DNA of 64,000 nt from Deltaproteobacteria bacterium (GCA_033763315.1 JANRKS010000019.1:64001-128000); one strand, 5' to 3'. Shown: positions 30,043 to 40,718, counted from the stretch's first letter. Notes: generated by a model from the letters alone, not told the origin. Translations and numbers: made by a program.

Positions 30043-30140
30043 ACGCGTGGCATCCCGTCATGATCCCGGGCGCTCGTCAAGCGCCGCGCGGCAAACGTGG
30101 CCCCGGGCGGGCCGATCGGTCACGCTTTGATCAGGCTCCT

Positions 30141-30866
30141 ATGTCTCTTCGGCGCCATGTCAAGGTTCAGCCTTTTCCAGGCGGGTTTCGCCGCCTGTGG
30201 CCTGGCACGCCTTACCGGCTGCCCGAGGGGCGAGACACCAGTTTGGTGCGCGAGGTTTTGTCGCCTGGCGGTGCGCGCCTTGAACGTGCGGCCGATTTAT
30301 TTGGAACGTTCGAGCACCTGATGGCCCTGGCGGAATCAGGCTGGTTGGGGCCGCCGCGCGCGTCGCTGCGCTTGTCGTTGGCCGAATCACGCGAACGCTT
30401 GTGCAAGATTGCCGCGCAATCCAAAAGCGTTGCAAGCTTGCATGAATGCCGCCCCGGCGACGCTGTGCTGGTGACGGGTTGTGTGCAATCCGCACAGGCT
30501 TCGGCCCCCACGAAATCCGTGCTGTGGCAGTGGGAGCCGTGGCTCTACAATGCGGAAGAATTCTTCGCCGAGGAAGATCCTTGGCCGCTGCCGCAGGGGC
30601 CCCGCTATGTGGAGACGGCCTACGATTTTCTGCTCACTGATGAGAGCGGCGCTTCGCCTGTGCGCGTGTGCGTGGAGGGCGCGCACTTGGTGGCGGCCGC
30701 TTCATTGACCGCAGGCACCCGCATCGATGTGCTGGGCTTTTTCGATCAGGAAACGTCAAACGCGGGCGTGCGCGAGAACCCACGGCAAGCACCGATGGCT
30801 CCCGTGTTGCGATCAAGTTCATCGCTGCCGCTGTTGGTGTTGGGCACGCGGCCGCGCGCAGCATGA
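30141..30866 (+). CDS. Hypothetical protein
   Basis: 3' part of track ORF 29775..30866 that does not overlap the neighbouring gene; start uncertain. Confidence 0.5.
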   Translation: MSLRRHVKVQPFPGGFRRLWPGTPYRLPEGRDTSLVREVLSPGGARLERAADLFGTFEHLMALAESGWLGPPRASLRLSLAESRERLCKIAAQSKSVASLHECRPGDAVLVTGCVQSAQASAPTKSVLWQWEPWLYNAEEFFAEEDPWPLPQGPRYVETAYDFLLTDESGASPVRVCVEGAHLVAAASLTAGTRIDVLGFFDQETSNAGVRENPRQAPMAPVLRSSSSLPLLVLGTRPRAA

Positions 30867-30870
30867 GGGA

Positions 30871-31821
30871 TTAGGGCACCGCACCGCAATGCACGGTGAG
30901 CGTGAGCCCTTCGTAAAGATAAACCCTTCGCAGCGTGCCGGCCTCGCCGCACACGCGCGCGTCGCCTTCGGGCAACAAACACAGATCGCGCGCCCCGGCG
31001 CGGGCTCGCACCGACACGCGCTTCTTGGGCGGCACTTCACCAAGCGGCACGCCATCGATCGCCATCCGCGTGGCGCGCGGGCACTTGGCATTATCGATCG
31101 TCATCCAGATCGCTTGTGAGCTGCTGGCCGGCGGCACGGTGGCAGCCAGTTTGCCCTTGGGCCGTGTGACCTGTGCGGGCGGCACGTTGGGCAGGGCAGC
31201 GTCACCGTGCGCAGGTTCAAGGCTGCGGTCGATGTTCCATTCCTCCGGATCGTTTGTGTCGGGCATATTCGCGTTGCTCGAAGGCCCGGCCGTGTTGTTC
31301 AGCCAGCCTTGCACGGCACAACCCGCGTACCGTAATTCCGTGGCCAACTGATCGTGAAAGGCCACGCGCATCTCACGGTAATCGCGCAACAGACCGGCAA
31401 ACACCACGCCCGCTTGTTTGGCCTTAAGGCGGTAATCGGGCGTCAAGGCGATGCCATCACCCACGGCGTCGGCACGCGCGATGCTGCGGTAAAGCTCGCG
31501 CAGCTTTTGGCCCAGCTTTAAATATTGGCTGCCGGCGGCGTAGGAGCGGCGGTAAAGCTCTGGCATTTGCGGCGGGCAGCGCGAGGCGCGCCGATCAGGC
31601 AATTGCCCCAGTGTTTCGTGAATCGAAATCGCGAAAGTGTCACGCACTTGCTCCATCTCACCCTGCAAACTCAAAAACTCGTCGATCGAACGGCGCAACG
31701 CCAATGGATCTGCAAACACCGGATCCACCACGGGCGGTGTGTTGGTGTCGAACGTTTCCACGGTGGTGGTTGTGGTTGGCGCGGCGGCGGCGAGCAGCGC
31801 GGCCAGGAAAAGGGCTTGCAT
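30871..31821 (-). CDS. Hypothetical secreted protein (helical N-domain, Cys-containing beta C-domain)
   Basis: Signal peptide MQALFLAALLAAAAP; several Cys residues. Confidence 0.7.
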   Translation of the reverse strand: MQALFLAALLAAAAPTTTTTVETFDTNTPPVVDPVFADPLALRRSIDEFLSLQGEMEQVRDTFAISIHETLGQLPDRRASRCPPQMPELYRRSYAAGSQYLKLGQKLRELYRSIARADAVGDGIALTPDYRLKAKQAGVVFAGLLRDYREMRVAFHDQLATELRYAGCAVQGWLNNTAGPSSNANMPDTNDPEEWNIDRSLEPAHGDAALPNVPPAQVTRPKGKLAATVPPASSSQAIWMTIDNAKCPRATRMAIDGVPLGEVPPKKRVSVRARAGARDLCLLPEGDARVCGEAGTLRRVYLYEGLTLTVHCGAVP

Positions 31822-31912
31822 TGCGGGATCTCAAGGAAAAGTATGAACCGCAGCGGGCACCGTGCCAAAAAGCGGGATACGCTTAGCCGCTTTCTTTTCA
31901 CAGTTAGGTCTT

Positions 31913-32824
31913 ATGTCGTCCCATAGGCTGGTTCCCGCGCTGCCTCATCTCGCATTCCTGACACCGCGCAGTTTGCCAAAGGCATCGTCTTTGGCAGGCC
32001 AAGTGGCCGTGTTGGATATCGCGTTCGCCTCCGAAGGTGGTGGCTCGTCGTTCGAGGGCGTCACGATGCCTTTCATTCGCGGCTTGGGTCCGCGCTTGGC
32101 CGCTTGGGTGGATCACCACGACCACGAACGCCACAGCTCGTTTGCCAATGACCCGCGTTTCGTCTTGGCAACCAAGGCTCAGCACGGCGCGTGCCCCGAA
32201 ATGGTGACAGCTGATGTTGTGGCGGCCGCGGGGCATGTGGATACCGTGGCCATGCACGTGGATCTGGATGGCATCTATTCGGGTGCCAAGTGGGTGCTCA
32301 AGGGCCAAGAGCCTTACCCGGGCGCTGACGCCGATGCCCGCGCGGTGGACACGCGCCGGGGCGAGCCTGGCAACCTGGCCAGCCGCATCGACCGTGCCTT
32401 GCGCGCGCGCTTTCGCGACAACGATTTGAAGGTGGCGGTGATGCGCTACCTTGTGGCACGCACAGACGATCCAGACGCCTGGAACCAGATCGAAGCGGCG
32501 GCGCGCCTCATCGATCCCTTGCTCGACGAGGCCCGGCGCATCGCCGGCGATTACCGCGTGCTGCAGGGTGTGGCCTACGTTCGTTTCGATACACAACGGC
32601 CGTTCGACAAAACCGAGCTGCTTTTGCTGGGGCAGCAGGTGGCGCCCGTGGCGGTGGTGCACACCGGCGGCACGTTAAGCATTGCGGCCGACTTCGAATC
32701 GGGTTTTGATTTTGTGCAAATGTTCGATATGGGAGGCGGCATGCCCACGCGTGTGTCCGTGCCTGAATCGCGACTGCAAGAGGTAATGGATAAAGTGGCG
32801 GCCGCCGTGGCGGCACGCACCTAG
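31913..32824 (+). CDS. DHH-like putative phosphoesterase
   Basis: VLDIAF, WVDHHDH, HVDLDG and C-terminal GGG motifs. Confidence 0.6.
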   Translation: MSSHRLVPALPHLAFLTPRSLPKASSLAGQVAVLDIAFASEGGGSSFEGVTMPFIRGLGPRLAAWVDHHDHERHSSFANDPRFVLATKAQHGACPEMVTADVVAAAGHVDTVAMHVDLDGIYSGAKWVLKGQEPYPGADADARAVDTRRGEPGNLASRIDRALRARFRDNDLKVAVMRYLVARTDDPDAWNQIEAAARLIDPLLDEARRIAGDYRVLQGVAYVRFDTQRPFDKTELLLLGQQVAPVAVVHTGGTLSIAADFESGFDFVQMFDMGGGMPTRVSVPESRLQEVMDKVAAAVAART

Positions 32825-32832
32825 GTTTCACG

Positions 32833-33720
32833 ATGGCAATTCAAAGACGAACGGCGCCCAAGCTCACGTACCTTCGGTTGGCTGACCGGCTGCTCAAAGC
32901 AAAGACGTCGGATCAAAGCACCCACTTTGGCACTTTGCCGTCGCCCGCTGAAATCGCCGACCTTGTGGATGATTTGCTTTCGGTCTTGTTCCCTGGGTGG
33001 GGGCGTTCGGGCATCGCCTTTGGCACCCCAGGCAAGAAACTGCGCGAACATTTGGCCACCGTTTTGGTGAGCCTTGAACGCCGCGTGGAAGACGCCGTTC
33101 ACTTGGGCCTGCGCCGCCGTTGCTCAAGCAAAGAAACAGAGGCCGAGTGCCGTTCACAAGCGCAACGCAAAGCGCGGCAGTTTTTGGAGTCACTGCCCGA
33201 GGTGCGCACGTTGCTGGTGGGCGACATTGAAGTGGCCTATAAGGCCGATCCAGCAGCCACGGGCACGGATGAGATTGTGTCGTGCTATCCCGGCCTTTAC
33301 GCCATCGCGATCTACCGTGCCGCCCATCGTTTGTTGAAGTTGGGCGCGCCCATCGTTCCACGCATGATGACGGAACACGCGCACGCGCGCACCGGCATCG
33401 ACATCCACCCCGGCGCTCACATCGGGCCGGCGTTCTTCATCGATCACGGCACAGGCATCGTTGTTGGCGAAACCACGTTGATTGGCGCCAACGTGCGCAT
33501 TTATCAGGGCGTCACGCTGGGTGCGCTGTCAGTGAAAAGCCGCAACGTCGAAGCGCCGGGCCGCAAGCGCCACCCCACCATCGAAGATGACGTGATCATC
33601 TACGCCAACGCCACGATTCTGGGCGGCGGAACGATCATCGGGCGCGGCGCCGTGGTGGGTGGCAACGCGTGGATCACGTATTCCGTCCCCGCAGGCGTAC
33701 GCGTGGGCGTGGGCATGTAG
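32833..33720 (+). CDS. cysE: Serine O-acetyltransferase (CysE/EpsC type)
   Basis: [35 protein letters not shown] hexapeptide region. Confidence 0.93.
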   Translation: MAIQRRTAPKLTYLRLADRLLKAKTSDQSTHFGTLPSPAEIADLVDDLLSVLFPGWGRSGIAFGTPGKKLREHLATVLVSLERRVEDAVHLGLRRRCSSKETEAECRSQAQRKARQFLESLPEVRTLLVGDIEVAYKADPAATGTDEIVSCYPGLYAIAIYRAAHRLLKLGAPIVPRMMTEHAHARTGIDIHPGAHIGPAFFIDHGTGIVVGETTLIGANVRIYQGVTLGALSVKSRNVEAPGRKRHPTIEDDVIIYANATILGGGTIIGRGAVVGGNAWITYSVPAGVRVGVGM

Positions 33721-34692
33721 CTAAACGCTGGCTTCGCGCTGGCGTAGATCCATCACGATGTCGCGCTGGCCGTCGGCGTGGTAACTCGATCTCACAAGCG
33801 GCCCCGCCTCAACGTGCGGGAAACCCATCGCCAGCGCTTCGTCGCGCAATTGGTCGAACTCTTGCGGCGTCACGTAACGAGACAGCGGCAAATGGTTCTT
33901 GGATGGGCGCAGGTATTGGCCCAAGGTCACGATGTCCACGCCGATGCTTCGCACTTCACGCAGGACCTGGCGCACCTCATCGAGATCTTCGCCCAAGCCC
34001 AGCATCAAACCGGTTTTGGTGACCGCGCCTCGACGCTTGGCGTGGCCCAAAATCGCGTAAGACCGGGCATAGCTGGCTTGCACGCGCACCAAACGCGATA
34101 GCCGTGGCACCGTCTCCAAGTTGTGAGCAAACACGTGCGGGCCCGCGGCCAACACAACGTCCACAGCGCCCGTATCACCTTTGAAGTCGCCCGTGAGAAC
34201 TTCCAACACCATGTCGGGGCTGGCGGCTTTGACGGCGTTGATGGTGGCCGCCCAATGCGCGGCGCCGCCGTCAGGCAAATCATCGCGATCCACGCACGTG
34301 ATCACCGTGTGCCGCAAACCGAGTTCCGACAGCATCGTGGCCACCTTCTGTGGCTCCTCCGCATCGGGGGGCGCGGGCCGGCCGCTGGGTACGTCGCAGA
34401 ACTGGCACGACCGCGTGCACACGCCACCCAAGATCATGATGGTCAGGCTCTTGCGGTTCCAACATTCACCGATGTTCGGGCACGAGGCGCTTTGGCAAAC
34501 GGTGTGCAGCCCCAATTCTTTGACCCGGTCGCGCAGATCAAAGTAATTGTCGCCCTTGGGCATCTTCATCCGAATCCAATCGGGGTGGCGCGCGCCTCGG
34601 CCTTCGGGTTCGGGGGGCAGCGGCACATCGCCCAGCACGCGCAGGCGGCGGGGGTGAACTTTTGCGTGGGCTTTGCTGTCAACTTCGGACAT
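33721..34692 (-). CDS. lipA: Lipoyl synthase
   Basis: CQSASCPNIGEC (CX4CX5C), CTRSCQFC (radical SAM), RSSYHA. Confidence 0.96.
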   Translation of the reverse strand: MSEVDSKAHAKVHPRRLRVLGDVPLPPEPEGRGARHPDWIRMKMPKGDNYFDLRDRVKELGLHTVCQSASCPNIGECWNRKSLTIMILGGVCTRSCQFCDVPSGRPAPPDAEEPQKVATMLSELGLRHTVITCVDRDDLPDGGAAHWAATINAVKAASPDMVLEVLTGDFKGDTGAVDVVLAAGPHVFAHNLETVPRLSRLVRVQASYARSYAILGHAKRRGAVTKTGLMLGLGEDLDEVRQVLREVRSIGVDIVTLGQYLRPSKNHLPLSRYVTPQEFDQLRDEALAMGFPHVEAGPLVRSSYHADGQRDIVMDLRQREASV

Positions 34693-34777
34693 GAAGAGCG
34701 TCAAGCTTAGCAGCCCCCAACAACCCCGTGCGGTTGCCACACCAAAGACTTGCCAGCGACCGAACGAACACGTTTAG

Positions 34778-37021
34778 ATGCGGGCAATGTCTCGGAACCG
34801 TTTGCCTTTGACCGCTTGGACCGTTGGCCACGCCACCGCCGCCACCGTGGCGCCCACGCGCTTTGTGCCCGCTCAGGTGCCCGGGGCCGTGCAGCTTGAT
34901 TGGGCAAACGCAGAGGGTTGGCCCCCCCACTGGAAAGGCGACAACTTCAAGCAGTACGCCTGGATGGAGGACGTGTTCTGGCTTTACCGAACGCAGTTGC
35001 CCGAGGCGCCCGTGGGGCCCGGGGCGCGTCGCTACTTGGTGTTGATGGGAGTCGACTACCAGTTCGAGGTACGCCTTGATGGTCACGCGGTGTTTAGCCA
35101 AGAGGGCATGTTCACGCCCGTGGAATTGGATGTCACCGCGTACGTGGGGGCCACCTTGGAGGTGCTTGTGTGGCCGGCGCCCAAGTATCCGGGCGCCCAC
35201 CGCCCGAAAGCGGAGGCGTCCCGCTCATGCAAACCCGCCGTAAGTTACGGTTGGGATTGGCACCCTCGCTTGATCCCGCTGGGCATTTGGGACGAGGCGT
35301 TCGTGGAAGATCGCCCGATGAGCCACCTACAAAACGCCGCGGTGACTTACGTGTTGGCCGATGATTTCACGAGTGCGGATCTAACGGTTCAAGTGAATGT
35401 GGCCGCGCCCACGCCCGGGCAGAAAGTTCGCTTCACGTTGAGGAACGCCGCGGGCGAGCCTGTGATCGCGGGCGAAGCGCCTGCCGCCTCCGCGGTGGCA
35501 TTGCCCGCAAGGTTGCAATCACCGCGGCTGTGGTGGCCGAACGAACAGGGCGAAGCTTATCTTTACGCCAGCACCGTTGAGCTGCTGGACGCGCGCGGTG
35601 ATGTGCTGGACGTGCACCAATCCAAAGTGGGTTTCCGGCGCGCACGTTTGGTGATGAACGAAGGCGCTTGGGATGAGCCGGCCACGTTTCCCAAATCCCG
35701 CAGCGTTCCACCGATCACGTTGCAGATCAACGGCCGCCGCATCTTCGCCAAAGGCAGCAACTGGGTAAACCCGGATATTTTTCCAGGCACGATCACGGCC
35801 GAGACCTATCGCCCGCTTGTGCAAATGGCCAAGGACGCCCACTTCAACATTTTTCGCACGTGGGGTGGCGCGATCGTCAACAAGCGCGCCTTCTTCGAGC
35901 AATGCGATGAAGCCGGCATTATGGTGTGGCAAGAGTTTCCGTTGGCGTGCAACGACTATGCAGACGATCCGGCCTATCTGCGCGTGCTGGATCAAGAATC
36001 GCGCGCGATCATCACACGCCTTCAACAGCACCCGTCCTTGTGTTTGTGGTGCGGTGGCAACGAACTTTACAACGTGTGGTCGGGCATGACGGATCAGCAT
36101 AAAGCGTTGCGCCTGTTGAATCGCAATTGCTTCGATCTCGATCCTGAAACGCCGTTTTTGCCCACGTCGCCCGTGATGGGCATGGGGCACGGTGATTATC
36201 GGTTTCGCGACGAAAATGGCCGCGAAGTGTTTCAAATGTTTGCGCAGGCCCGCAACACGGCTTACACGGAGTTCGGTTGCCCTGGGCCTTCAGACGCCGA
36301 CTACATCGCCAGCTTTACACCACCAGAGGAACTGTTCCCGCCACGGCCCGGCACCACGTGGGAGACACACCACGCGTTCGGCGCGTGGGGCGTGTCCCCG
36401 CAATCGTGGCTGTTTCCCGATCTGATCGCAGATTATTTTGGCGAGTGCGCGAACTTGGAAGAGATGGTGCGCTTTGGCCAGCTGATGCAGGCGGAAGGGT
36501 ACAAGTGCCTTTATGAAGAGGCGCGCCGCCAAAAGCCATTTGCCTCGATGGCGCTGAACTGGTGCTACAACGAGCCGTGGCCTTCGGCCGCCAACAACAG
36601 CTTGATCTGTTGGCCCGCGCGCCCCAAACCAGCGCTGGCGGCGGTGGCTGCCTCGTGCCGCCCGGTGTTGGCAAGCGCCAAGGTGCCGCAGTTTTCTTGG
36701 ATCGCCGAGGACTTGTTCAAAGCCGAGCTGTGGCTGTTGAACGATAGCCCCAACCCGGTGCCTGCCGGCCGCATGCGGTGTGTGTTGCGCATGGACGGCC
36801 AAGACGTGCCGCTGGTGACGTGGGATTTTCCGGACGTGCCGGCCAACCAGAACCTGGCGGGCCCCGTGGCGCGGGCCTTGTTGCCGCAAGGGCAGGGCAA
36901 GGTATTTGAAGTGGTGCTGACAGTCGAAGGGCAGCCTGCCTTCGATTCCACCTACCGCTTGTGCTTCCGGCCGGGCCAGCAGCGGGGCAAGGTGCGGGTG
37001 GGTTTCGCGAACAACGCGTAA
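34778..37021 (+). CDS. Glycoside hydrolase family 2, beta-mannosidase-like
   Basis: YGWDW, LWWPN, FAKGSNW, RTWGG, VWQEF, WCGGNE, TEFG; no obvious signal peptide. Confidence 0.88.
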   Translation: MRAMSRNRLPLTAWTVGHATAATVAPTRFVPAQVPGAVQLDWANAEGWPPHWKGDNFKQYAWMEDVFWLYRTQLPEAPVGPGARRYLVLMGVDYQFEVRLDGHAVFSQEGMFTPVELDVTAYVGATLEVLVWPAPKYPGAHRPKAEASRSCKPAVSYGWDWHPRLIPLGIWDEAFVEDRPMSHLQNAAVTYVLADDFTSADLTVQVNVAAPTPGQKVRFTLRNAAGEPVIAGEAPAASAVALPARLQSPRLWWPNEQGEAYLYASTVELLDARGDVLDVHQSKVGFRRARLVMNEGAWDEPATFPKSRSVPPITLQINGRRIFAKGSNWVNPDIFPGTITAETYRPLVQMAKDAHFNIFRTWGGAIVNKRAFFEQCDEAGIMVWQEFPLACNDYADDPAYLRVLDQESRAIITRLQQHPSLCLWCGGNELYNVWSGMTDQHKALRLLNRNCFDLDPETPFLPTSPVMGMGHGDYRFRDENGREVFQMFAQARNTAYTEFGCPGPSDADYIASFTPPEELFPPRPGTTWETHHAFGAWGVSPQSWLFPDLIADYFGECANLEEMVRFGQLMQAEGYKCLYEEARRQKPFASMALNWCYNEPWPSAANNSLICWPARPKPALAAVAASCRPVLASAKVPQFSWIAEDLFKAELWLLNDSPNPVPAGRMRCVLRMDGQDVPLVTWDFPDVPANQNLAGPVARALLPQGQGKVFEVVLTVEGQPAFDSTYRLCFRPGQQRGKVRVGFANNA

Positions 37022-37101
37022 AGCTTGACGCCATCGGGTCGGGTGCGGTATTCGCGCCCCACGCCCGCGTGCCCCTGCGCCCTGCGCCCCCTGGAAAACT
37101 C

Positions 37102-38736
37102 ATGGACAGCCGTTTCGATACAGAGGTGAAGCGTCGAAGGACCTTCGCCATCATTTCGCACCCCGACGCGGGCAAAACCACACTCACGGAAAAACTGCTG
37201 CTTTACGGCGGCGTGATCCAGCTGGCCGGCGCGGTGAAGGCCAAGCGTGGCCGCAGCGCCGCGGTCAGCGACTGGATGGAGATGGAACGCGAGCGTGGCA
37301 TCTCGATCACCACCAGCGTGTTGCAGTTCCCTTACCGGGGCCTCAAGGTGAACCTGCTGGATACGCCGGGCCACGCCGACTTCTCCGAAGACACGTACCG
37401 CACGCTGCACGCTGTGGACGGCGCGGTGATGTTGTTGGATTGTGCCAAAGGCGTGGAAGCGCAAACGCGCAAGCTGTTTCGCGTGTGCCGGCAACGCAGC
37501 ATTCCGATCTTCACGTTCGTCAACAAGATGGATCGCCCCGGTCGCGATCCGTTTGATCTGGTGGGCGAGGTTGAGAACGTTCTGGGCATCGGCGTTTACC
37601 CGATTACGTGGCCGATTTTCACAAGCGGCGTGTTCCGCGGCGTTTACCACCGCTTGCTTAAGCGCGTGTTCTTGTTTGATTCCTCGCGCGCCAAATCCAG
37701 CGCGCACATGGGTGCCGAAATCGCCGATATGGAAGTCACCGGCATCGACGATCCCGCGTTGTCCGAATCGTTGGGTGTGCAAGGCCACCAACGCCTCAAA
37801 GAAGAAACGGAACTGCTTGAAGCCGCGGGCGATACGTTTGATGAAGCGCGCTTTTTGCGCGGCGAGGTGTCGCCGATGTTCTTCGGCAGCGCCATCAACA
37901 ACTTCGGCCTTGAGACGTTCCTTGATAGCTTCTGCGACATGATGCCGTCGCCCTCGGGGCGCATGGCCGCCGAAGGGCCCGTGGAGGCCAGCGATCCGCG
38001 CTTTTCCGCCTTCGTTTTCAAAGTGCAAGCGAACATGGATCGCGCGCACCGTGATCGTGTGGCGTTTATCCGCATTTGTTCCGGCAAGTTTGAGCGCGGC
38101 ATGAAGGTCAAACGCGACAAAGCCGGCCGCGAAGTGCGCTTGGCTTCGCCAATGAACTTCATGGCGCAAGAGCGCGTGTTGGTGGAAGAAGCCTATGCCG
38201 GCGACGTGATCGGCATTCACGAGTCGGGCTCGTTCGAGATTGGTGACACGATCTCGGAAGGCGGCGACATTCACTTCGAGGACATCCCAAGCTTTGCGCC
38301 CGAGCACTTCGCGCGCCTTTTGCTTGTGGATCCGATGCGACGCAAGCCGTTCGCCAAAGGCATCGAGCAATTGGCGCAAGAAGGCACCATCCAGCTTTAC
38401 CGTGCCCCCGGTGGCCGCGCGGGCGATGTGGTGGTGGGCGCGGTGGGTCAACTGCAGCTTGAAGTGGTGCGGTACCGTTTGCAGGTGGAATACGACGTGG
38501 ACGTGCGCATCGACACGGTTCCCTACAGTTGCTGCCGCTGGGTGTCGCGTGCTGACGGCGCGCCTGTGGATTTGGATCAACTGGATCGCGCTCGCATTGG
38601 CCTGGCCGTGGAAGACGTGAAGGGCCGCGCCGTGGTGTTGTTTGCCAGCGAATGGCAGATGAACGCCGCCACCGCCGAACACCCGAACTACGTGTTCACT
38701 GAGACCGCCCGCGGCGGCGCCGTCAAACGCGATTAG
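37102..38736 (+). CDS. prfC: Peptide chain release factor 3
   Basis: RRTFAIISHPDAGKTT, SDWMEMERERGIS, DTPGH, NKMD, GAVGQLQ. Confidence 0.96.
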   Translation: MDSRFDTEVKRRRTFAIISHPDAGKTTLTEKLLLYGGVIQLAGAVKAKRGRSAAVSDWMEMERERGISITTSVLQFPYRGLKVNLLDTPGHADFSEDTYRTLHAVDGAVMLLDCAKGVEAQTRKLFRVCRQRSIPIFTFVNKMDRPGRDPFDLVGEVENVLGIGVYPITWPIFTSGVFRGVYHRLLKRVFLFDSSRAKSSAHMGAEIADMEVTGIDDPALSESLGVQGHQRLKEETELLEAAGDTFDEARFLRGEVSPMFFGSAINNFGLETFLDSFCDMMPSPSGRMAAEGPVEASDPRFSAFVFKVQANMDRAHRDRVAFIRICSGKFERGMKVKRDKAGREVRLASPMNFMAQERVLVEEAYAGDVIGIHESGSFEIGDTISEGGDIHFEDIPSFAPEHFARLLLVDPMRRKPFAKGIEQLAQEGTIQLYRAPGGRAGDVVVGAVGQLQLEVVRYRLQVEYDVDVRIDTVPYSCCRWVSRADGAPVDLDQLDRARIGLAVEDVKGRAVVLFASEWQMNAATAEHPNYVFTETARGGAVKRD

Positions 38737-38781
38737 CGTAAATGGCTGCCGCCAAATCGGTTATGCGCTAGGTTTAGCGCG

Positions 38782-40059
38782 ATGTCACCTTCCGTTTTGT
38801 CTGTGGCCGAACCCCAGGGCGACGTGGCCGCGCCCGCCGTGTCCGACTTGGTGGTGCGTGCGTTTCCCGCCGCTGCCTACAAAGGCCGGCGCGTGGTGGT
38901 GGTGGTGCCCGACGCCACCCGCAGCGGCCCCATCGATCGTGTGTGGAAAGCCTTGCACGCGGCCATCGCGGCCGACACCGCGGCCTTCGACGTCTTGGTG
39001 GCCTTGGGCACGCATCAGCCCATGAGCGAAGCTGCCATTTGCCAACGCTTGGGGCTTTCCCCCGAAGAGCGAGCCACCACGTATGCGCGGGTGAAGTTCA
39101 TGAACCACGCGTGGGACGATCCCAGTGAGCTTGTGCAGGTGGGCACTTTGACCGCGGACGAAGTGCACGCCCTGACCAACGGCATGTTCGCGATGGACGT
39201 GCCTGTGGAGGTGAACAAACACATCTTTGATTACGACGAGACCGTGATCATTGGGCCCGTGTTCCCGCACGAAGTTGTGGGCTTTTCGGGTGGCAACAAA
39301 TATCTGTTCCCGGGTGTGGCGGGCGCGCGCATCTTGAACTTCTTTCACTGGCTGGGCGCCGTGGTCACGAACCCCATGATCATCGGCGTGGCCAACACGC
39401 CGGTGCGCCAAGTTGTAGATCGCGCGGGCGCCATGGTGAAAACCAGCAAGCGCTGTTTGGCTCTGGTGGTGGAAGGCTCGCGTCTGGCGGGTCTGTTTGT
39501 GGGCACACCCGAGGACGCGTGGAAAGAAGCGGCGCAATTGTCAGCGCAGCTTCACATCACATACAAAGACAAGCCGTTTCACAAAGTGTTGTCGTGCGTG
39601 CCCGCGATGTATGACGATCTGTGGACGGGCGGCAAGGGCATGTACAAGCTTGAGCCGGTACTGGCTGATGGTGCAGAACTCATCATCTATGGCCCGCACA
39701 TTCACGAGGTTTCAGTGACCCACAATGAAACCATGCTGAAGATCGGTTACCACTGCCGCGACTATTTTCTCAAGCAATGGGACGCGTTCAAACATTATCC
39801 GTGGGGTGTGTTGGCGCATTCCACGCACGTGCGCGGTGGCGGCACATTTGAAAATGGTGTGGAGCGCTGCCGCGTGAAAGTTACGCTGGCCACCTCGATC
39901 CCGCCGCAAGTGTGCGCGCAGATCAATATGGGTTACCTCGATCCCGCCACAGTGAACCCGGCGGACTACGCGGGCCAAGAAGAGCAGGGCGTTCTGTTGG
40001 TGCCCAAGGCCGGTGAAACGTTGTTCAAACTGAAAACGCCTCCGCCGTGGGCGGCATAA
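38782..40059 (+). CDS. LarA-family nickel-pincer-dependent racemase/epimerase homolog
   Basis: PDATRS, ALGTH, NHAW, PHEVVGFSGGNK, FFHW, WTGGKG motifs. Confidence 0.85.
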   Translation: MSPSVLSVAEPQGDVAAPAVSDLVVRAFPAAAYKGRRVVVVVPDATRSGPIDRVWKALHAAIAADTAAFDVLVALGTHQPMSEAAICQRLGLSPEERATTYARVKFMNHAWDDPSELVQVGTLTADEVHALTNGMFAMDVPVEVNKHIFDYDETVIIGPVFPHEVVGFSGGNKYLFPGVAGARILNFFHWLGAVVTNPMIIGVANTPVRQVVDRAGAMVKTSKRCLALVVEGSRLAGLFVGTPEDAWKEAAQLSAQLHITYKDKPFHKVLSCVPAMYDDLWTGGKGMYKLEPVLADGAELIIYGPHIHEVSVTHNETMLKIGYHCRDYFLKQWDAFKHYPWGVLAHSTHVRGGGTFENGVERCRVKVTLATSIPPQVCAQINMGYLDPATVNPADYAGQEEQGVLLVPKAGETLFKLKTPPPWAA

Positions 40060-40552
40060 ATTCAACTTGCATGCGTTCGCGCAGCATCGACAGCGCCACC
40101 AGGTTGCGACGCCTCACCGTGGATTGCGGGATGCCCAGCGTCTTGGCGATCTCTGCGGGCCGCAGGTGATCGTAATAGCGCTGGCGCAACGTGGTTTGAT
40201 AAGGCTCGGGCAACTGCTCCAAGGTTTGCGCGAGCCGCTCGGACCAACGCCTTTGATCCACTTCGCTTTCGGGTGAGGCAATGGCGTCGGGCGCTGCGCT
40301 AACCAGCTCACGCTGCTCTCGGCGCTTATGGCTGCGGCACCACATCCGAAATTGATTTCGAAGCGCGCCTTCGAGCCAAGCCTTCAGCGAATGCTCAATC
40401 GCGGGCGGCCGCCGCAGGTACGCCAACAGCGTGTCTTGCACCAGATCGTGGGCCAGCTCTTCGCTGCGCACCAAGCACAGCGCGCGTCGCCTAAGCCATG
40501 CCGTGTGGCTAGTGAGGTCTAAGGACGTCGGCTCCTCAACAACTGAACGCAC
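40025..40552 (-). CDS. ECF sigma-70 factor
   Basis: AHDLVQDT (region 2), LEQLPEPY and EIAKTLGIPQSTVRRR (region 4); 3' end overlaps the convergent gene by 35 bp. Confidence 0.82.
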   Translation of the reverse strand: MRSVVEEPTSLDLTSHTAWLRRRALCLVRSEELAHDLVQDTLLAYLRRPPAIEHSLKAWLEGALRNQFRMWCRSHKRREQRELVSAAPDAIASPESEVDQRRWSERLAQTLEQLPEPYQTTLRQRYYDHLRPAEIAKTLGIPQSTVRRRNLVALSMLRERMQVEFMPPTAEAFSV

Positions 40553-40718
40553 GCCAGAAATTATAGAGGGCCAAAAGTCCCAGCGAAGGTAAATTACTGA
40601 CCTGCGTCATGGCGAGAAATGCCCGTTTCCTAGGCGGTTTTTGCCATTAGGGGGGCCTGACGTTAACGCCGGAATCACCGGGTGGCGCGGATGTGCATCG
40701 AATGATACGCATTTGCAT

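Noticed and set aside
36952-38682. 576 aa minus-strand ORF
   Set aside because: Antisense shadow of prfC, common in GC-rich coding DNA; no protein motifs
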